A stretch of DNA of 64,000 nt from Podarcis filfolensis (lineage: Eukaryota), in the NCBI GenBank assembly GCA_964270895.1, contig OZ185447.1. The stretch is one strand, 5' to 3'. This document shows positions 60,555 to 64,000 of the stretch, one piece after another. Position 1 is the stretch's first letter, and each line of letters begins with the position of its first letter. Position numbers and translations under genes: made by a program. Under the pieces are notes generated by a model that was given only the letters and a program-made list of their open reading frames with translations, ran no database searches and was not told the origin of the DNA.

Positions 60555-61459
60555 GCTCGTGCAGGAACTACTGCTGCCTTAAAGGCTGTGTAAACTAAAA
60601 TGAAGACTCCTCTCCCATTCCTGGGAAGGATACCTTGGGAAATATGGAAATCTGCCTTACAGTATGCTGGGTGCATGACTGCCTGTTTTCTCAGAACCTC
60701 CCTTTGTTCAAAGCTCATTGTCTCTCTCACTGGGACCTTGTGAAGTGATGCAATTTACACGGAGGTGTGGCTAATGGAGTAGTCACTAACACTTACATGT
60801 AATGTATTTGTTGTTTTGCTGCTGCCCTTATTGGCTCTTGGCATACGGAACCTGCCAAGAATATGGCCTTTAGAAAAAGGTGGGGTGGTTAGAAATGCCA
60901 GAAACAAATAAATAACGAGGGACAAACAAGGCCACAACTACTCAAGACTGGAGTCATCAGTACATCCCTTTCTAGGCAGACATTGCAGTCTACACCGCCC
61001 CCCACCGTAGGGAGAAAAACGGTATCACTTCAATGCTTTTATTTATATAATACATACTCGCACAAACTCACAAACACTGTACAACCCACCCCTTCCCTGC
61101 CCCACTGTACATCCCCACCCCCCACCTGTGTGATTTAATGCAAACTCCCTCTGTACAACAAACCCCACCCCACCCCAAACCCCTTCTTGCACACTGCCCC
61201 TGGCCTAGGTGTCTCCTGGTGTGCTGCCACTTCTTGCCACATGATGGCGACATATCCGAGCCCCGAGTATGTCCTCCTGGCGGAAGCGCTGCTTCCTTCA
61301 CAGCTTCCGTGCACCTGAAGGTGGTTTGGATGGCAGCCCCTTGGTTAGGAAGGCAGAGGCAAGTCTTGTGGAAATTGTCATTTCTGGCGCTCCACCCCTT
61401 ACATATGTAGCTGTCCAAAGGTGGCAGCGTTTGTTCCGTTCTGTTTCTGTTTGTTTCTT

Positions 61460-62163
61460 TCAATCCCAGCCGTTATCCTTGATCATGTGGTTGAGTTCAA
61501 TGATGTACTTGCCCTCCTTGTACTTCTGGCTTGTCTCAAAGGCTTGCTCCTGCAGAACGAGAGAACGAAAGCGTCAGCTTCCTTTAAGGCAGCGTGTGAG
61601 TCTTTAGGGGAGCAGGGAGTGGGGGATGCCAAGGGAGACTCACATATTTCCATCCAAGCGTGGTCTTGCAGTTCTCGCAGTAGATGTCCGCCACGGCATG
61701 CAGGCCTGTCAGCAGCACCCGTTCCTCTGCTGGGCCACATCCAACATTTACCCTGCAAGGGGGGAAAGAGAGAGGGTGTTGGAGTCCCTGATGCTCTCCT
61801 AGTCTGAGTTTCACCTTGTCTTGAGATCAGTGATGGGCCTCAATCTAGGCAGGTATTGGCCAGGGCCCACAGTTCTGCTTGCCACGAACCGCCCCCTCTG
61901 ATGAGCACGGGAATAAAACCAGCCGCCTTCCTGACCTTAAGAGTTGGGGAAGTGAGTGTATTATCCCCACCTTGTGCCCTGTGCTTCTGAGGCGCTTCCA
62001 GTGCTATGTATGGCAAGATGAGAGAACACTCATAAACCTGTCTCTGGGCTGCAGCTTTTCAAGCTATAAGTGGGAACAAGGAAATGCTCCCCAGACAAGG
62101 AAAAGGATACTCTTCCACTGAAAAGCATCACACCTGAGGGCACAAGCTTGTAGACCTAACATT

Positions 62164-62216
<53 letters not shown>

Positions 62217-63800
62217 TTATTTATACCCTGCCCATCTGGCTGGGTTTCCCCAGCCACTTTTAAGACCACATAAAGGTTTAGGATTGGTTGTTGCTGGCTG
62301 CTTCAACCTTGTATGTAGCTGTCTTTTATGTTTTTATGCCTTAAGTCTGCTGCTCCCCTCCTGTGATACTCACACAGAGTTGAATAAATATGCCCGACCT
62401 TGGCTTCCTTGGAAAGACTGTAATGACAAGAGACACAAAAAACAGGTTAAAAAAAGAGACCATATCCAGAGGGATAGACACGGTGTTAGTTACGGCAAAC
62501 AAATGACAGCAAACACAAAAGGAGTCCCGTGGCACCTTAAAGATAAACAGACTTTGTGTGGTGTTAGCAGTCCTAACTAGCAGACTTCTGTTCCAGCTGC
62601 ATACCTCTCTCTCTCCGCCACTCCCTCCTCAACTGATGGTCCTTAGCCTCAGCCCTGGTTTCTCAGCTCCCTTCTGCATTTCCTTATTTGTTCTCTGGCT
62701 TGTTTTCAGGCACACCCCATCTCTCCACACTGGATTCTGTGTAATGATTAATCGGCCAGCAGCTCAAACTTGTTGACCTTGCAGTATCTCAAGCACAGGA
62801 GGGTGGAGATGGCAGTTGAATGTTAGGCTCAGGAAAGACAATACCCCCCCTAAGCTGCCCACCTAAATTCTCCCCATTCTCTGCCTTCATTCTCCACTTC
62901 TGATCAGCGGCCCTCTCCTTCTGAGCACCGGGGAAGTCTAAAATAGTCCCTGTTTGTTAACTGTAGCTCCCTAGGATATGATCTCGCAACTGGCAAGTGT
63001 TCTAATCCCTCCCCTTCCTTACTGAGCATTTATAAATTGCTCACCAAGGAAAAGCTTCTAGGCCTATAGCCTGGCCCACTTGGGAGGTGAGCCTTGGTGA
63101 TTTCCCCAGAATAACCTGGCCCAGTTCCAGGGCTCTAGCCAGTGGAAGGGATGGAGCATACAGTGCTGTGAGTTTCGACGGAGACTTTTCATGCTGGAGC
63201 TGCGGCAGTAGGTAAAATATTCAATCCAAGGGATCAGAGTTCAAATCCTGTGCCTGCCACAGTTTGCACGTGGCCTTGGGAAATCCACACTGTCCTGGAC
63301 AACTGCAAAATGTGAATGCTTCCTTGTGCTAATGTGTTTTTACCCGGTTTCTTGATTTTGTTGTCAAGTGACCCCCCCCCCAGTGTTGCTGTGAGGACAA
63401 GCAAAGATAAAAGATTGTAAAGGCACACTAAAAATGCTAGATACATGATCGCTGTCTGATTATTGAGATGGGGCTAATATCAGCAAATCAAAGTAGGACT
63501 CCCTTTAGTTTCCTGACCCTTTCCCCCCAACTTTTACGCTATCTCTTCTTCCTTCCTCCTCCTTTTGGCTAAGATCAAGTGTAGAAAACCAATTGACGGA
63601 GGGAAAACAACCCCTCTGGTGCTGAGAGCTGCCCCCCCCCGCTATAGCAGTGTGCCAGGGACCGTCCCACTCCCCCTTTTCACCTTGGAGATGAGATCGT
63701 CGTGGTTGGCCAGGTGTGCCCGGCAGTGCACGCAGCTGTAGCGTCGGTGACAGTTGTCCAGATAGGCTTGGAAAGTTTTGGGTTTGGACAGCCTCACCAT
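61460..63800 (-). CDS. YPEL3: Protein yippee-like 3, 119 aa
   Basis: Exons 63800-63684 ([39 protein letters not shown]), 62417-62374 ([15 protein letters not shown]), 61752-61644 ([36 protein letters not shown]) and 61549-61460 ([29 protein letters not shown]). Total 360 nt with two CxxC zinc-binding motifs. PolyA signal (tttatt on +) at 61038-61043. Confidence 0.97.
62166..62262 (-). mobile_element. LINE/SINE 3' terminus with (TTA)n tail in a YPEL3 intron
   Basis: (AAT)n run adjoining TTTATTATACCCTGCCCATCTGGCTGGGTTTCCCCAGCCAC. Confidence 0.55.
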
Positions 63801-64000
63801 TGTGGTGGGGTCACGCAAGTGGGAGAAGCTTCAGGAGAGTTGTGAAGAACCAGATAGTCCCTAGAGGGGAAGCTGTGTGGGCGGTGGCGGGAGGAAGCCC
63901 CCCGAAAGCCCTAAAAGAGAGGGAGCAACGAGAAAAGGGTTACCAAGGTATGGACAGGCTCGTGAGTGGAGGGGGGAAACAGCAGGGGAGTCAGGGTGCC

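Noticed and set aside
63801-63900. N-terminal extension of YPEL3 like the longer human isoform or non-AUG YPEL starts
   Set aside because: An in-frame TGA lies 10 codons upstream of the ATG.

Overview
Eukaryotic genomic DNA from a squamate reptile, probably a lacertid lizard judging from Sauria SINEs with (ACCTTT)n tails. The window is syntenic with human 16p11.2, with the same gene order and orientation: TLCD3B/FAM57B (-), an uncharacterised cysteine-rich single-pass membrane protein matching my recollection of human LOC112694756 (+), ALDOA (+), PPP4C (+), TBX6 (-) and YPEL3 (-). All six were reconstructed by hand exon by exon with consistent reading phases; only the start codon of the cysteine-rich gene is tentative. 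The main surprise is an extra, intact three-exon SH2-SH3-SH3 adaptor gene of the CRK/CRKL family (246 aa, 18704-20239, +) between the cysteine-rich gene and ALDOA, where no such gene is known in mammals. It is most plausibly a third CRK-family ohnolog, with a rewired regulatory linker and a tandem GC/GT splice donor that could switch between CrkII-like and CrkI-like products. Other points: two alternative N-terminal TLCD3B exons missed by the ORF track, CRX/OTX-type motif clusters, several candidate ALDOA promoters (MEF2, an EPO-like HRE, an RFX X-box), and many SINE, MITE and LINE fragments, some nested. No database searches were possible. Comparisons with human proteins are from memory, and novelty claims need checking.
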